Part shown: positions 1-14,269 of the stretch, one piece after another
Position numbering within the stretch: position 1 is the stretch's first letter
How the letters are laid out: every line of letters starts with the position of its first letter
Origin: Parasitella parasitica NRRL 2501
Lineage: Eukaryota > Fungi > Mucoromycota
NCBI GenBank assembly: GCA_025201805.1
Contig: MU619261.1
Span: forward strand, 146,445-210,444
Direction of reading: 5' to 3'
DNA: 64,000 bases
Program-made: the position numbers and the translations under genes
Notes under the pieces: generated by a model
What the model was told of the DNA's origin: nothing
The model's database searches: none
The model's input: only the letters and a program-made list of their open reading frames with translations

Positions 1-604
1 TCTGAATTTCAATTATTTTAAATGGGAGACCTCCAAGCTGGTTTCCCAGGCGAGTTTCCCAGCATACTTTTTTTAGATAACTCTTATTTATTTATACCCA
101 CTCGGCTTCACGTGTAACAATGTTATGCAAAGCTTGCTTGATGGCGTTATATGCATCAGCGAATATAATGATTGGCTTTTGAATTGCGCAATTTTGCCAT
201 TTGAATACCTAATTGAACACAATCTTATATAAAGTGGACGTGTGAAACTTTACTGCCTATAGTTTGTTGAATGCATATAGAGACGCTTGAAAGTATCACA
301 AATCATAGTGTGGAACAAGTAACCGTCTTCCTTTTGTCTAATCCATCTCCGTCCCAAATAAGCATTGAGCACAGTTCATTTATTAAAAGATGACTGCATA
401 CAACGAATCGACCTTCAATTGACCGAATTGAAGCTGAACGAAAACAGAGTTTAGATTTATTGGTATAATAGGCAGGAAAGTTAGACTGATATAATGCAGA
501 TGGCTGTGTTTGGTATATATGCGGCTGTGTATAATACAAAAAAAAGTTGAAGTCATGTTGAGAAATCCCATCATTGAAACCAATGCCATCCTTTCTTGTA
601 CAGG

Positions 605-1686
605 TTATCCATCAACTAACGGCAACGAATCATTAATAGAGCTCGCAGGGTCGATCAATCTGGTGATACTTACTTTCAACCGAAGAACTGTGTCTGGATG
701 AACTTTATACCTGTCTGGAATAAGCCATCCAGGTGGCTCGTTGAGAGAGCGGCTGTCCTCTTGTCGGACATTTTCAACAAATTCATACTCTTCGTTTTGT
801 TGCATCCTTAGTTCTTGTTGAGGGGTAGGCTCTGTGGTTATCCAGGTATCCATCGTCTCTAAATAGTGCCTGAGTTGCTCTCCTGCATGAGTAACCATCA
901 TACACATGCGGTCTACATCCACAGGTCGATCAGCAGCCACACACATAACCAAGAGATCTTGTACATTTCCCGTCACCAACGCTTCTCTAACGCATTCTTC
1001 AAAGGATCCATCCAAGCTCGACTCAAGATACAGACTGGTGACGTCAAATAAGCTTCCGAAGAATAGTGCGAATCTTGTATGGATATGGGTATGAGGAGTG
1101 GCACAATGGCGCCGCCACACATGGGTATAATCTCTTGGCAAAAATGGGGCCAAGGGATGTTTGGTGCTACGGCGTCTATATTTCTGTATGCAAAGATGTC
1201 AGTCAAAAGAAGAGACATAGCGCATATCCTACACAGGCTTACGGGATCATGCAACACTCGGATAGAGGGCGTATGCAGATACGATGATCGAATTTCCAAA
1301 CATAAATTTGCATAGTCATGTTCAATGCCAGCTTTCGAGTCTTCAGACAAAATCCTTGCCACAATAAACTGTTGGAGAATGTCTAGCAGCTCTGTAAACT
1401 TGGCCCGATGGTCTATTTTGGGTAAAACTTGTACTTGTGCGCATATCTGCTGTAGTATTTGTTGCGAAAATTTCAGTTTTGTATCCTTCAACTGACGTTC
1501 AGAAGGTGTAATTGCTTCAAACAACCGCAACAACGAATTAATTTTATATTGAAATCGGAAATGTTGCTGGATGTAAAGTAGCGTGCCCTTTGATAAGAGT
1601 GAGATTGCCTGTAGATTCTCGAGATCTTTGTATTCGAGATGATCTAAAACAAGCCAAAATACTTCGTTTGGCAGCAAACTGATCAT
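605..1686 (-). CDS. F-box-like hypothetical protein (2 exons: 1686-1243, 1183-605)
   Basis: N-terminus MISLLPNEVFWLVLDHLEYKDLENL resembles an F-box motif. A GTAAG...ACAG intron (1242-1184) joins ORFs 973..1740 and 605..1153 in frame (VLHDP|KYRRRSTKHPLAPFLPRD). Confidence 0.65.
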
Positions 1687-2678
1687 TTTGTAAATTAACA
1701 GAGAGAGAAAAAAAAAACCAAAAACCAAAACCAAAACCAAAAATAGCTATTTGATAAAAGAGTGAACGCTGCATAATCGTGACGCCTACAATAGAGGATG
1801 GTAGCACAGCAGATGACTGAAAAACAAAGAGAGCATGCTCATGCCCAAGAGATTATAGTCATATCCCATCAACAATAGGTTCTGATGGATCTTTCACTGC
1901 ATCATACTCGGAAGAGGAGGATGATGATTGTGGCCATAACCCCCCCCCCCTCCCCGGAAAACTGCCAGTTTATTGATTGTAGAATAAGTCTTCTCGATTT
2001 TCTGCACATGTCCTTTTTGCAGTGCATTCAATGACCACGAGAAGCACATCCCTCAGTTCGCAGTTACCAGGAGATTTATTGGTTAGCTGTTTGCACAATT
2101 GTAGCAGATACTATGGTGCCTTTTAGACAGTCTATGTCTTTCAAACAGGGGGGGCGGGAGGCGAGAGGCGGTACTTTTTAAACAAGCTGATTCTCGAATA
2201 GGTCTTGTCAATAAAAACGATATTTTATCTCAAGCAGAATACACTTTAAATTCAACATGGTCGCCTGAAAATGTGGTCTCCAGTGTGTACTCAACCATAA
2301 ACCTTGCAGAACCAGTTGGTGTGATCCTAACCTCTTGAATTGGTTGACCTTGCCTTGGGTTTCAGTACTTGACCAAATAGCAGAACCCAGAGCCATCTAA
2401 ACATGTGTCCAAAAACATAAATCTCGAGTAAATGATTTTAATTTTAAAAACGGCACAAAAGCTAAATGGCAGGGCCCAACTGGGGGTCCTTTCGGAATTT
2501 GGCTTGCTATATCGTTACAGTATTTACCCGTTGATCTCAGCCTTTACTTATATGAGGTCACTGCAAGGAAACATTGTAGCTGTGTAAAGTGATGGTGATA
2601 TTTGACTCAGTAAGTACACTTGCATACAAGTTCTGCAATTTCTTGTCACCCCTCTATTTTTTTTTTATTGAAATTCAA

Positions 2679-4060
2679 ATGTCGACGATAATAGGTACAC
2701 GCACAGCCGAATCAATTCAACTGAGACACATTTATCATTACAATAATGAAAATTCAGCATCGACATTTAAAGATCCCCTTACTTGAAGTCTAAAATGCAG
2801 ACAGATCATTACATTAACTCCCTCCCTCCACCCCTCAGAGGACATAAGAAAATGCAAGAATTTTATACAAATCAGAATAATAAGATTGAAACAATGTTGA
2901 ATGCCTTGGATTCTGTTCGAAATGCGGAAGAGTAAGAAAAGCAAGTGCTCAAAGTAAAAATCTTATCGCTACTATCCGTAGTACCAACGGATATTATTAG
3001 TTGAAAGTAGCCATTTACGGCTCTGCTGAGGCCAACATTATACTATTTGCTTTGCAATTGGTTGCAGCGATTACTTCAGGTTTATTATTTATATTTTCAA
3101 CACTGACAGACGCCTTCATGGATTTGCCACTGATGTGGACAGCTAGATTCAATCCTAGCACATACCCAGTGGTGTGATTGCTTTGTTTGTCTTTGTTTGC
3201 TTTGCACTATACATTAATATTTGTAACATTACAGGGGAAATCTCGGATGGAAACAATCTATATCATCGTATTTTAGCGTCTGATGTTTTGTGTTGCGTTG
3301 TTCTTGATTGTAATAGAAATAGAGAGATGGCACCACCTTCCAACACTGATTCTTTCTTTTCCTTTTTACGTGGTCTAGATCGAATCTTTGCAGAAGCTTG
3401 CTGATCAAAATCATTCGCCTGATCTAACCATATTAGCCATTGCCCTTGTATCGTCCGCTTTGGGTAATTGTATATAGTTTGAGTAAACATGCCAAGCTAT
3501 TCTAGCGAGTAAATTCATTTTTTAACGTTTATTGCAAATCTTTGTCTCAACTCAAAAGATTTTAGCTCAAGATCACCACAATGATTTATTTGTGATCCTG
3601 TAGGCTCAATCGTCATTGCGCTTGTCATACTACATGGCTGGACATGTACTTTATTGGGTAAATGAAAACCCTACATTAAGCGTAATATAAACGTTAAGAC
3701 TCGTATAACAGAACATATACCTTAGGTTGTAAGCAAAAGTGCAAGCACTGAATTTTCAAATCTGGTTACCCATACATTGGCAAGGCGCTGTAATACAACT
3801 AAACAAACTGTTCTTTGTATGCTGAAAATCTACACAAACAGCATCAACTCATCCCAAGGTGACACATGTTGATACATGCCGTGCATACTTTGGCTGGAAC
3901 AAGTTTGTTTTTTTGAGGTGGATATAGTTTTACCACCCACAAACGGAACTGCGCGAATCGCACGGAATAAAACTACAAATGAAGCTTGAATCATTACTTT
4001 ATGTCGGAAGAGTCTTTGTTCACGTTGAGGATGAGATATTCCATAAGCAGAAAAGTAACA
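2679..4060 (+). pseudogene. Decayed cation diffusion facilitator (MTP-like cation efflux) gene
   Basis: Collinear fragments: KMQEFYTNQNNKIETML, LKVAIYGSAEANIILFALQLVAAITSG, TLTDAFMDL, YPV|GKSRMETIYIIVF*, AQDHHND, DPVGSIVIALVILHGW, HPKVTHVDTCRAY, FEVDIVLPP, GRVFVHVEDE. Broken by stops, frameshifts and deletions. Confidence 0.8.
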
Positions 4061-4394
4061 AGGTTTATATACAGTTTGCATCTTTAGTCTAAAAAAAAAT
4101 AGCAAGTAGCATCAGAAATCGAAATAAGGTTGGATAGGAGCACTTTTGAGATCTCCATTTTTAATATTATTATAATGGGAATCTTTTGCGCTGCTTCCTC
4201 CACATCACGAGGATGGCACAAACATAAAAATTGACGTCGTTTGTTATAAAACCTTACACAAACTTATGATAGTTTGCTGTCTCTCCCCTTATTCTTATCT
4301 TTTCCTATATATATTAAATTTCATCTATTTTTTTTTCTTCTTCTTTCATTTCTTTCAACATATGCTGACACCATTTTTTTTCCTAATTTAAATA

Positions 4395-5853
4395 ATGAAT
4401 CAAGCATCGAACCAATGCAATTCAATGGCAACTGGTATGAATAAAGAGGATACATCTTATTATGGTAAGTGAAATGAAATTAAAAACGACCATCACAAAG
4501 CCAACATTTTTTTTGCAATAGTTGATAACCAGAGATTCAAGAGTAGCAATTTCTCCAAAATCGTACTCGTTCAATTGTCATTAGAACATTATATACCACT
4601 ATTTCATGAAGCAGGGATACATGAATTAAATCAGTTTCTATCAATGAACGACAATGATTACATTGCAATTGGAATCGAAGATCCCGGCGATCTTCAGTTG
4701 CTTGCGACTTGTTCTAAAGCATTGAAATCACACATTGCTGAAAAGCAAATACAAAAGCGCAATACATTCTGCTTCATCGCCGAAGAGTCTGAAGACGAAG
4801 ACGATGATTTTTTCAGTGCAAGATCCAGCTCGAATTTAAGCAGTAATAGCGATAAAATTACAACAGCATCATCTAAATCTATACTGCGAGCTATCCATGC
4901 ATTTGACTCTTACGAGCCTCCTTCTTATCCCACCACTCCTCCTTTAATACAAGCAAATACAACATCAGGCACCATGCACTTGCAGGCAGTGCCGGGAACC
5001 GTTATTCGTCGACATAAACAACTAGGTGGCAGCAGACCTGTTTCTATGCCTGTTCAGTTACCATCATTTGCAACTCCTCCGCCAGGCTATTCAACATCTG
5101 CTATCTTTGGGAAAAGATTAGATAGATGCCGATCCATGGTCTTTCCACGTGAGGAAGAAGGTAAAGAAGAGCTTCCTGGGTATTCCTGTACAGTATTCAA
5201 GATGGGCTATGTAAATATCAAAAAAGAATTCGATGCGCCAAATTGTAAAAGCAAGTACAGACATTGGAGGTAGTTGACTAAATGTTATTCTTGGACTACT
5301 ATTTTAATCCGGCTTGTAACGTAGGAGGTTATACGTTGAATTATGGGGTACGATGCTCAAAGTTTACCGAGCAGCGCCTTCAAAACAGACATCTGCGGTT
5401 GATCCTCTCAACTACTATAGATGGCCATTGCGAGTTCCGTATTACTACTACCACAAGTACTACTACACTCCGATTTTTACTATTTCTTTAGCAGGAGCAG
5501 AGGCGTTCCGTGCACTCGACTATTTTAGACGACCAAATGCTCTCCGACTGACGACACAGCAAGGACCGCAGATACTAATGAGGCTATCTTCACATGTAGA
5601 AATGATATCATGGGTTGAACATTTGCAAGCAGGTATTTTTTCTTTGATGCATGTGTTTATTATATAACATGAATGCTTACTTGGCTTTTGTTTAGCCATT
5701 AACATATCGCTTGATTTGGAGTTTCGTCCTATGCCAAAGTTTATAACTATACCAACCCGTGGGCTAACCACAGCTTCACTGGATCCTCGATCTATTGAAT
5801 TGGAAAGGGCTCGTGAGCAAAGAAGACGAGAACAACATGAAGTCTTGATTTGA
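4395..5853 (+). CDS. SAM-like plus PH domain protein (4 exons: 4395-4464, 4522-5269, 5325-5632, 5696-5853)
   Basis: SAM-like N-terminus (LSLEHYIPLFHEAGIHELNQFLSMNDNDYIAIGIEDPGD). Fungal PH segment LPGYSCTVFKMGYVNIKKEF...WRRLYVELWGT...ALDYFRRPNALRL...SWVEHLQAAINISLDLE. Canonical splice sites. Confidence 0.8.
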
Positions 5854-5898
5854 ATAAAAAAGGAAATCACACTTGCATCATGATTACGTTGTCATGTA

Positions 5899-5935
<37 letters not shown>

Positions 5936-7269
5936 GAATATAACTCTAAACGCAAAATAGAACTTTATAACTTAATTATCATATTATGTAAATATATCAT
6001 CATTTATACCTACTTTTCGTTTATTATTGAGACTCTCACTAAGGGAAAAAGAATGATGGCGCTATATCCAGAATTTGGCATGTACAGTGAATCACCTTTT
6101 CTGTGAGATTGTTAATCGCAAACTGTTACCGATAACTTTTACGACTTTAAATTTTCGCGTTTCCAGAACATTTCTGAAACTTCTTGCTGATGGATCTGTA
6201 ATCAGATATCATATAAGCAGCAGACAAACTGCTCATCTAGAATCTGTAAAATTCTTAAATCATGTAAATACGCTAATACCGAAGACAATGAACTTTCATT
6301 AAATATATTTTTATTCAATAAATCTATATCCTTGCCCCCACCACAATCTTTAATTACTTTAACGTGAGCTTAGGCCCAATCACACACATTGTTAGGTACA
6401 ATTACTGATATTGATCCTGTCTACAATTGTAACGTCAACCTTTTGACATCCATTAGTATCAGCCCAGTATTCCATTAAAAATCCTGAAATATTACATACA
6501 AGTTAATATCATGCAATGTAAACGAAACAAAGCAAGTAATGCTCATGCAAAAATAAGAGAAAAGCCTCAACCAATTTATCAATTTATCATGAAATTCGAC
6601 GATCCAGGATTCATATCATGTGATCAACTTAAAAGCATGTCTTTGTTAGTTTGACAAAAGATATCTATACCTGTGGTAATACCAATTCAGAAAAAAACAT
6701 AACGAGTAATTGTTACAAAAAGATATTTTAAATTTATCTTGGTCGTAACTTTAGGTTCTCCATGTGGTGAGAATTAAATACAAGAAATAAATCGTGGTAA
6801 ACGACTGTTGATCTCGAAGTCAACAAGCGAATTTAAAACATTGGAGGTAATTTGATCAAGAATTTTGAATATAACTGTAGAACTTTTTATGCTCTATGTA
6901 TTTCACGGCGTAGAGATCTGAGAAACACTGCTTTAAATATATTGCCATCAAACCGATACGTAAATCTTCAGTTTTGAACAGCCTTTGGTGCTTTAACACT
7001 GACAACACGCTTTAGATGGAATACATATCATTATTATTATTACTATATCCAGTTCAAGTATATTTCACTTGATCGTAATCAACTGACACAAAAATGCAAA
7101 ATACACAGTTGATTTCATTACAATTGACAAAGCGCAATGATGTTGTCCAGATGATTTTTAAGCTACATCTTGAGTACAGCTACTATATTTTCTCACATAA
7201 TAGAATGCAATGCTAAATAAAAGCGCCTGGTTGACATATGTACATCATAGTCAAATATGTATTTCGCAA

Positions 7270-7745
7270 GGTATACTTGAATTTACTTTTATGTGTTCAT
7301 GTGTTGGTTGTAAGCGGAGGCTGAAAATGGCTTGCACAGCTTTTTTTGCGTTGAGTGATTTCGAGGATTTCGACTCCATTTTTGAAAAAATCTGCAAAAA
7401 TTAAAAAAATATCGCCTTCAAAGTATTTTATCATAACAAAACATATAAAAAAATTACTTGGAATGCTTAATGAATTATGTATTGATCAATGAGATCTATA
7501 TACTAAAAAATTTTATTTATAAAAATGTCGCCTAAAAAATTTCGAAAACATTAAAAAACCGAAAACGTTGATTTTCGAGGTAAAGTTAATATTCTGCAAT
7601 GTCAACAAAACAAATAAAGTAATCAGATGAAAGAGAATACTCTTGGGTTCAATTCTTTATTAATGTACACTATAATAAAAAGTTTCGTTTTTCGGCTTGA
7701 AAATTGACTTTAGTCCAAAATTCAAATTTCTACGAGGTACCCCTC
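7270..7745. mobile_element. Possible non-autonomous DNA transposon relic
   Basis: AT-rich non-coding block with recurring TTTCGA/AAAAAT motifs, ending in GAGGTACCCCT, which looks like a transposon terminus. No clean TIR pair or TSD identified. Confidence 0.25.
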
Positions 7746-7904
7746 ATGCAAAATGAGAGCAACCTTAAAAAAAAAAAAAAGTGTCCGGGTCGATTGATAG
7801 GAGAATCAAACATTGTAATGAGACAGGCCATCAACCTAGAAGGTAATAACCAGCAAGGAAATCCTGTATTGAATTAATCTTCCTCTCTCTATTCCTTAAT
7901 CGAA

Positions 7905-8508
7905 ATGGCTGCTTCAGGAATCGCCGTTGGTATCAACAAAGGTCACATCGTCACTCGTCGTGTCCTCAAGGCCAAGCCCTCTAACAAGATTGGTGTATGT
8001 ATTCAAGAAGGGTGGATGGATGGATGTTGTCAATGGTACTGGAAAATCCCTGTGTGTGTGTGTGTGTGAATGTGTTGAAAATCAGGAAACCCGCATCAGC
8101 CTAATAATCAGCAAAGAGCTACACAATACAGTACAAGAAGCACACAGAGATTTCCAATTATCAGTTGAACATAAAATACCCATTCACCATGTATTCGTCA
8201 ATCACACAAACTGATTTTTTTTTTGTGAAATCTTTAGGTTGCTTCTAAGCGTGCTACCTTTGTCCGTAGCGTTGTCCGTGAGGTCTCTGGTTATGCTCCT
8301 TATGAACGTCGTATTATGGAATTGATCAAGAACTCCAGAGATAAGCGTGCCAGAAAGCTCTGCAAGGCCAAGGTAAGATCTGTGTTTTTGTTAATTTTCG
8401 AGAGTGTGAATTGACATATCAATGATTTGATAGCTCGGTTCTTTCGTCCGTGCCAAGAAGAAGATCGATGAGCTCTCTGGTGTTATTGCCCAAGCTCGTC
8501 GTCATTAA
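7905..8508 (+). CDS. RPL36: 60S ribosomal protein eL36 (exons 7905-7994, 8238-8372, 8434-8508)
   Basis: Spliced translation [19 protein letters not shown]...[62 protein letters not shown] matches L36e. Strong codon bias. Missed by the ORF track. Confidence 0.97.
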
Positions 8509-8690
8509 AGTGGCCTGCGTTTTTTTTCTTCTTCTTGATCTTTAGTTGAATATGTATGTATATATATATCAAACTGCAAATTAATAATAAATCAGGAATG
8601 CACTTTATACAATATTTCATCTTGTTGGAGTACATTTTCATTGGCGATCGTATGAGGTGGGCTATATGTGAAAAGGAAAGAGTAACGCAT

Positions 8691-9604
8691 CTAGATACTT
8701 CTGTGTTCCTGTATCAGACTTTTTATCTGATCCCAATTATCTGCACGATACAGTGAGCTTGGCTTCTTCATATCGTGTTCAGTTTCATGTCCAAAATCAG
8801 CAAGTGAATCTAAAAGCGACTTGTCGTTGCCAATGATTATACCTAAGTCGGCTTCAACTAGTAGAGAATTTTAGTTGAATGTGCTAGGCATTGAAAATAA
8901 AAGAATAGCCTACTTAGAGCCTCAATGTCACCAAGTGAATCACCAATGTATATCGTTTCGTTGAACTGTTGGCGAAACGTATCAATGACAGCCTGTTTAT
9001 CACCAGTAGTTAAGATAGCTGGAATAATGCGGCCAGTACACTTGCCAGAGTCATCGAATTCTAAATCGTTGCTAAATATATGATTCTTTGATAATCCAAG
9101 CTCTTTCAAGAAACCCAAAATCCAATCTTTCGACCAATTCAGAGAAATAATTCGAATTTGGCCTTTGTATTCTTGCAAAGTGTCCACAACGCCTGGCTGA
9201 AGGTACTCTGCTCTTAGCAAGCTGGCTTGCTCCGTCAATGCTTGTCTAGTTATGCCTTGAAAAACCTTATATTGGCCCACGCGTTCTTGTGAAGCTCTTT
9301 CAATTGACCTGTAGCTATCCAATTGCTTTACAAAAGCTTTGAAATCCCCTTTTGGTAATTTAGGAAGGTGTTTACGATGTTCCTTGTATTCTTGAAGGTA
9401 GCTATCCACAAAGTACGACCAAGGCTTCGAGTTCTGTGTGTAAGAAACGCCAAATTTCCCCAAAGGGCCAATTGTATCCTGAAGGGTAATGGTTTGATCG
9501 AAATCAATTAATAAAAGAGGATATGCGCTGGCTTTACCAGCATCAACTTGTGATTTAAAGTTCTGCATAGCTTTTTTAGAGAAGAGTTGACGTACAAAGG
9601 ACAT
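8691..9604 (-). CDS. HAD-superfamily hydrolase (Cto1/YCR015C-like); exons 9604-8914, 8857-8691
   Basis: HAD motif I DFDQTIT, ISLNWS, motif IV YIGDSLGD, then EADLGIIIG after the intron. Confidence 0.85.
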
Positions 9605-9813
9605 CTTATATTGTCTAATTTATTCAAACTAGTTGTTGGCTTTGTTGCTCGGAGGTTGGTCAACTGAAGGTTATCAAACTCATCCTCCTCAACTCGCACC
9701 AGCGTGGCTGCACTTCCATCAACGACTCCGATACTTCTTTACACGACTCGCTCCGGCGGGTTTGCTCCGCTAAAGGAGCGAAAAACCTTCACTGCATCCC
9801 ATCAATAAATCCT

Positions 9814-10302
9814 TGAATATCAAATTTGGATCGCTTAACTGTCGATACTTGCTTAAATCGACTACTCTCAAATATCTGATTACTTCATTTGGCGTCTAGG
9901 AGGGGCAATGCCTAGATACTTTTGCTTGCCAAGAAACCTATATAATGTCTCTTCACTTTAATAACCGAATTGCAATACTCAATCTTAAATTTTAATCCCT
10001 CCAAGGGCAATGGCCAAATCTGGTGGACGTCAAATAATTGCCCAAACTTCACTGCAGCAATCGTTCATCTTTTCCAAGGAACTACAAAGGTCTAGGAACC
10101 GCCTCATACGTCAACTGAAGGATAAGCTAGATGCTATCTATTCAATGATCCTTCGGAATCCATTCATTGGTACTCCTTGACTAGTTTGACCCTTGGCATC
10201 AAGCAGGTTATTTCGTTAGATGCTTTTGCCTTTCTTTGCTGTTGACCAGTCTCTTCAATCGATATTGATCGCAAGGTCTTTCCTCGAATGCTGAACTCTA
10301 GG
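9814..10302 (+). mobile_element. Heavily deleted LINE (non-LTR retrotransposon) relic
   Basis: APE endonuclease start LNIKFGSLNCR...LDTFACQET, and RT motif RPVSSIDIDRKVFPRMLNSR (cf. RPISLINTDxKIFTRILNxR). Frameshifted. Confidence 0.75.
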
Positions 10303-11945
10303 GTAGTCAACGAGTAATTATTATAGGTAGATCAGACATTAGGCATACAACATTCTAAAAAGACTTAGTTGCAAAAGACTCAAAAGGCATTCATGAAAAC
10401 TACGTGGACAATGATTAATCATACCTCACGATGCAGTAACCATAGTCGTAATACAGCAAGCCCCAAAACCGTTGCGTTAAATCTATATATTTCGCGCATG
10501 CTGGTTTCCGCTTCCCCCAACAAACTATGATACAGGCGTGACACATTGACGATCAGGATGACTTTTATGTACAAAAAATTAGTGATTTGGAGCCTGAACC
10601 CACCAATATTGATAATGATGAATTAATTTATTCGTTAACGATTGTTGCTCGCAATATATTACCTTGATGACCATCATTTAATACAAACACAATGACCAAA
10701 GTTGCACATTTTATGGTTATCCACCGTTGGCTATTTAAGCCAGAGAGTCATATTCGAGATTTTGATCTGGTGAACAGTAGATCGGGTATTAGTTAACATT
10801 GCTGTAGATCGACCAAAAATTAATTTCATGTGGTTTGACAAAATTTGAAAAATTATAATAAAGAGAATTTTGTATGATCTAATTCACTGACATTGGTAAT
10901 ACCAAATAAAAGAGGGATAAAAGACATTCAATAAAATCGCTGATCAAAGTTTTGGGGCCTTAGGAATTCAAAGGTTGCGTCTTATCTGTCAGCGAACGAT
11001 AGTAGAAATCAGCATATGGCAATTGATCTTTATCTATGGCGTATTGTCTCGGAATTTGATTAGTACAATTGCTTTATAACAGTTTCTTATACATGTTCAC
11101 TATGATTGGGCGTTATAGTGAAATCTGGTCAGAGAAAAAGCCGTTGAACTTGATTGACGATTTGAGGTTTATCAAATGGCAATAAACATAGTCTACACTG
11201 GTTTTGCTGTTTTAATAAAGTAAGCTTGACGTATGTTGAAACACCTGGCCATGACCTGTATAAGTTGCGTGAATTTAAGGTACAGAAGAAATGAAATATC
11301 TATTACAGCAAATTATACATTGGGTCTCTTTGGTAACATACGCAACTAACAAAGCTTTACAATCAGCAACAACGCTTTTAAACAATAACGGATAAAATAT
11401 GGTTTTATGCCGATTCAAGTGACCCAATTAATTCCCCTGAGCTGGTTGTTATTATCTGATTTTAGACATTTGACATCAAAAATGATATTCTTTTGTATAT
11501 AAAATGAATCGCTGCTCAGACTTTTTATTTGCTACGATAAAGCCAAACGGCTTGATTTATTCGATATACTCTATTATATGGCTGATTTGTATGGCTTTTG
11601 GACCTTCACCTCAATATCATGAAGCAATGTTGACATCCATTGAAGGAGGCGAGAGAAAGCCAGCGATAAGCCTAATAAATGACTCACTTATTTTTCTCAT
11701 TTGACCCCTGATTTTGATAAATTAGAATACAATACACATTAACATGTTCGAAAGCCTTTATGCAATGATCAACATGCTCATTACTCGCCTATACTTGAAG
11801 CATTGAACCATTGCGAGATCATACCATGTTGATAAAAGTAGTCACCTATAGAGAAACCTTGAAAAAGTTTTTCAAGATAAACGAGAAAAACCAAATGTTG
11901 AAACGAGCCTTTGTTTCTCTGTTTACTTTGAATAACAATTTAAAA

Positions 11946-13013
<1,068 letters not shown>

Positions 13014-13342
13014 ATTTTCTTAATAAACCTGACGTCTCCCTAATCGTGTATCTGTAAATACGACCGTATATACCCATAGCATCATCTATTGACTTGCATT
13101 AATGTATTTTTTTTTTGTGTTGCATACTATCTGGCTTGGTACTCGGAATTGAAAACTGTTCTCTTTGTAGTAGAATCAAACAAACGTGGAGGTAGAGAGC
13201 AATGAGAGCAATGAGAGCCTTTTTTTTTTGGTAAATCAAGACATGAATGCAAATAATTATTTCAACTACCGAGAGCATAAAAGCGAAAATGTTGGTAGGG
13301 GTCGCTGCAGCCGTTTCATTTTCTTCTTCTCAGTTCCTCATC

Positions 13343-13612
13343 ATGTTGTTAAAGAGAATTGCCGCCGCGACAGCGAGTAGACGTGCTTACAGTACAGCAA
13401 CATCGAAACATGCAGGATCATTCTATTACCAATATGGCACGCCTCTGGTAAAATGCATTGTCTTGGCTTCAGCAACCACTTTGGGATTCCAACTTTTATG
13501 GCAGCACTTGGAATATCAAGAATACCGTGATGAAGCTGATGCCAATGTGAGTAAATTGGAAGATCGACTTAAATCACTGGAGGAACAACAAAAACTACAA
13601 AATAAATTTTAA
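13343..13612 (+). CDS. Small mitochondrial membrane protein (presequence, one TM helix, coiled coil; possibly Ina17-like)
   Basis: MLLKRIAAATASRRAYST presequence-like start, hydrophobic PLVKCIVLASATTLGFQLLW, charged coiled-coil tail; 89 aa. Confidence 0.7.
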   Translation: MLLKRIAAATASRRAYSTATSKHAGSFYYQYGTPLVKCIVLASATTLGFQLLWQHLEYQEYRDEADANVSKLEDRLKSLEEQQKLQNKF

Positions 13613-13727
13613 ACAAAACAAAAACGATGCCTATAAAGCTCACAATATGTAACATGGTATCTTTTTCTTCTATGTCTTTTTATTTTTATTTTAATAATAA
13701 AAAAAGAAAAAAACGACGAAAAGCGAT

Positions 13728-14269
13728 TTAAGCCTTGTTGGCACGGACACCTTTGGATTCACGCTTAGCGTGAACCTTGCGAGCCTTTTGAGTAGAAAGG
13801 AGAGCAGAGGCACGGGCGACAGCGGCCTATATTCCGAAGAGAGAAAAAACATACATTTAGCATTTCTATCCCCTTTTCCCCCCAATGATCTATGAACTTA
13901 CGGCACGGAGGTCAGGTCTGTATTGGCTGCGAGCAATCAAATTGGCAACAGACTTGGAAGTTTGACGACGAGTCTTGGCAATGACAACATTGTTGATGGA
14001 CTTGGCAGGAGAGTTTTGCTTGTTGGCCTTGCGAGTGGTGACACAAACACCACGAGCAGCAGGGAGGATGGAAACAGTCTATGTACCCATTTAGCTGCGA
14101 GACCAAATAAACTTGCTTACAAACTTACCTTGTAGTTGGCAAGACCAGAGTACTTGAAAGAGTTAACGTTCTTCAAGTTGGCGGGTTCAGAAGAGAACTG
14201 AACATTTTGACGCTTAACAAGGAAAGAGTTGTTGTTCTTGATAATAGCCCAGACCAAATCGGCACTCAT
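13728..14269 (-). CDS. RPL28: 60S ribosomal protein eL28 (exons 14269-14129, 14078-13902, 13826-13728; probable 5'UTR intron 14352-14274)
   Basis: [47 protein letters not shown]...[17 protein letters not shown] is the L28e signature (mammalian-style RPL28, not yeast uL15). Confidence 0.97.

Noticed and set aside
1950-2420. C-run and G-run flanked segment with broken ORFs
   Set aside because: No convincing TIR, TSD or domain motif.
6100-7000. Possible decayed gene or transposon on - with a splice-acceptor-like site
   Set aside because: No recognisable protein motif and many stops.
13195-13218. Short GAGAGCAAT tandem repeat; also ACCAAA repeats near 1716-1743
   Set aside because: Ordinary microsatellites; no repeat-spacer architecture, so not CRISPR-like.
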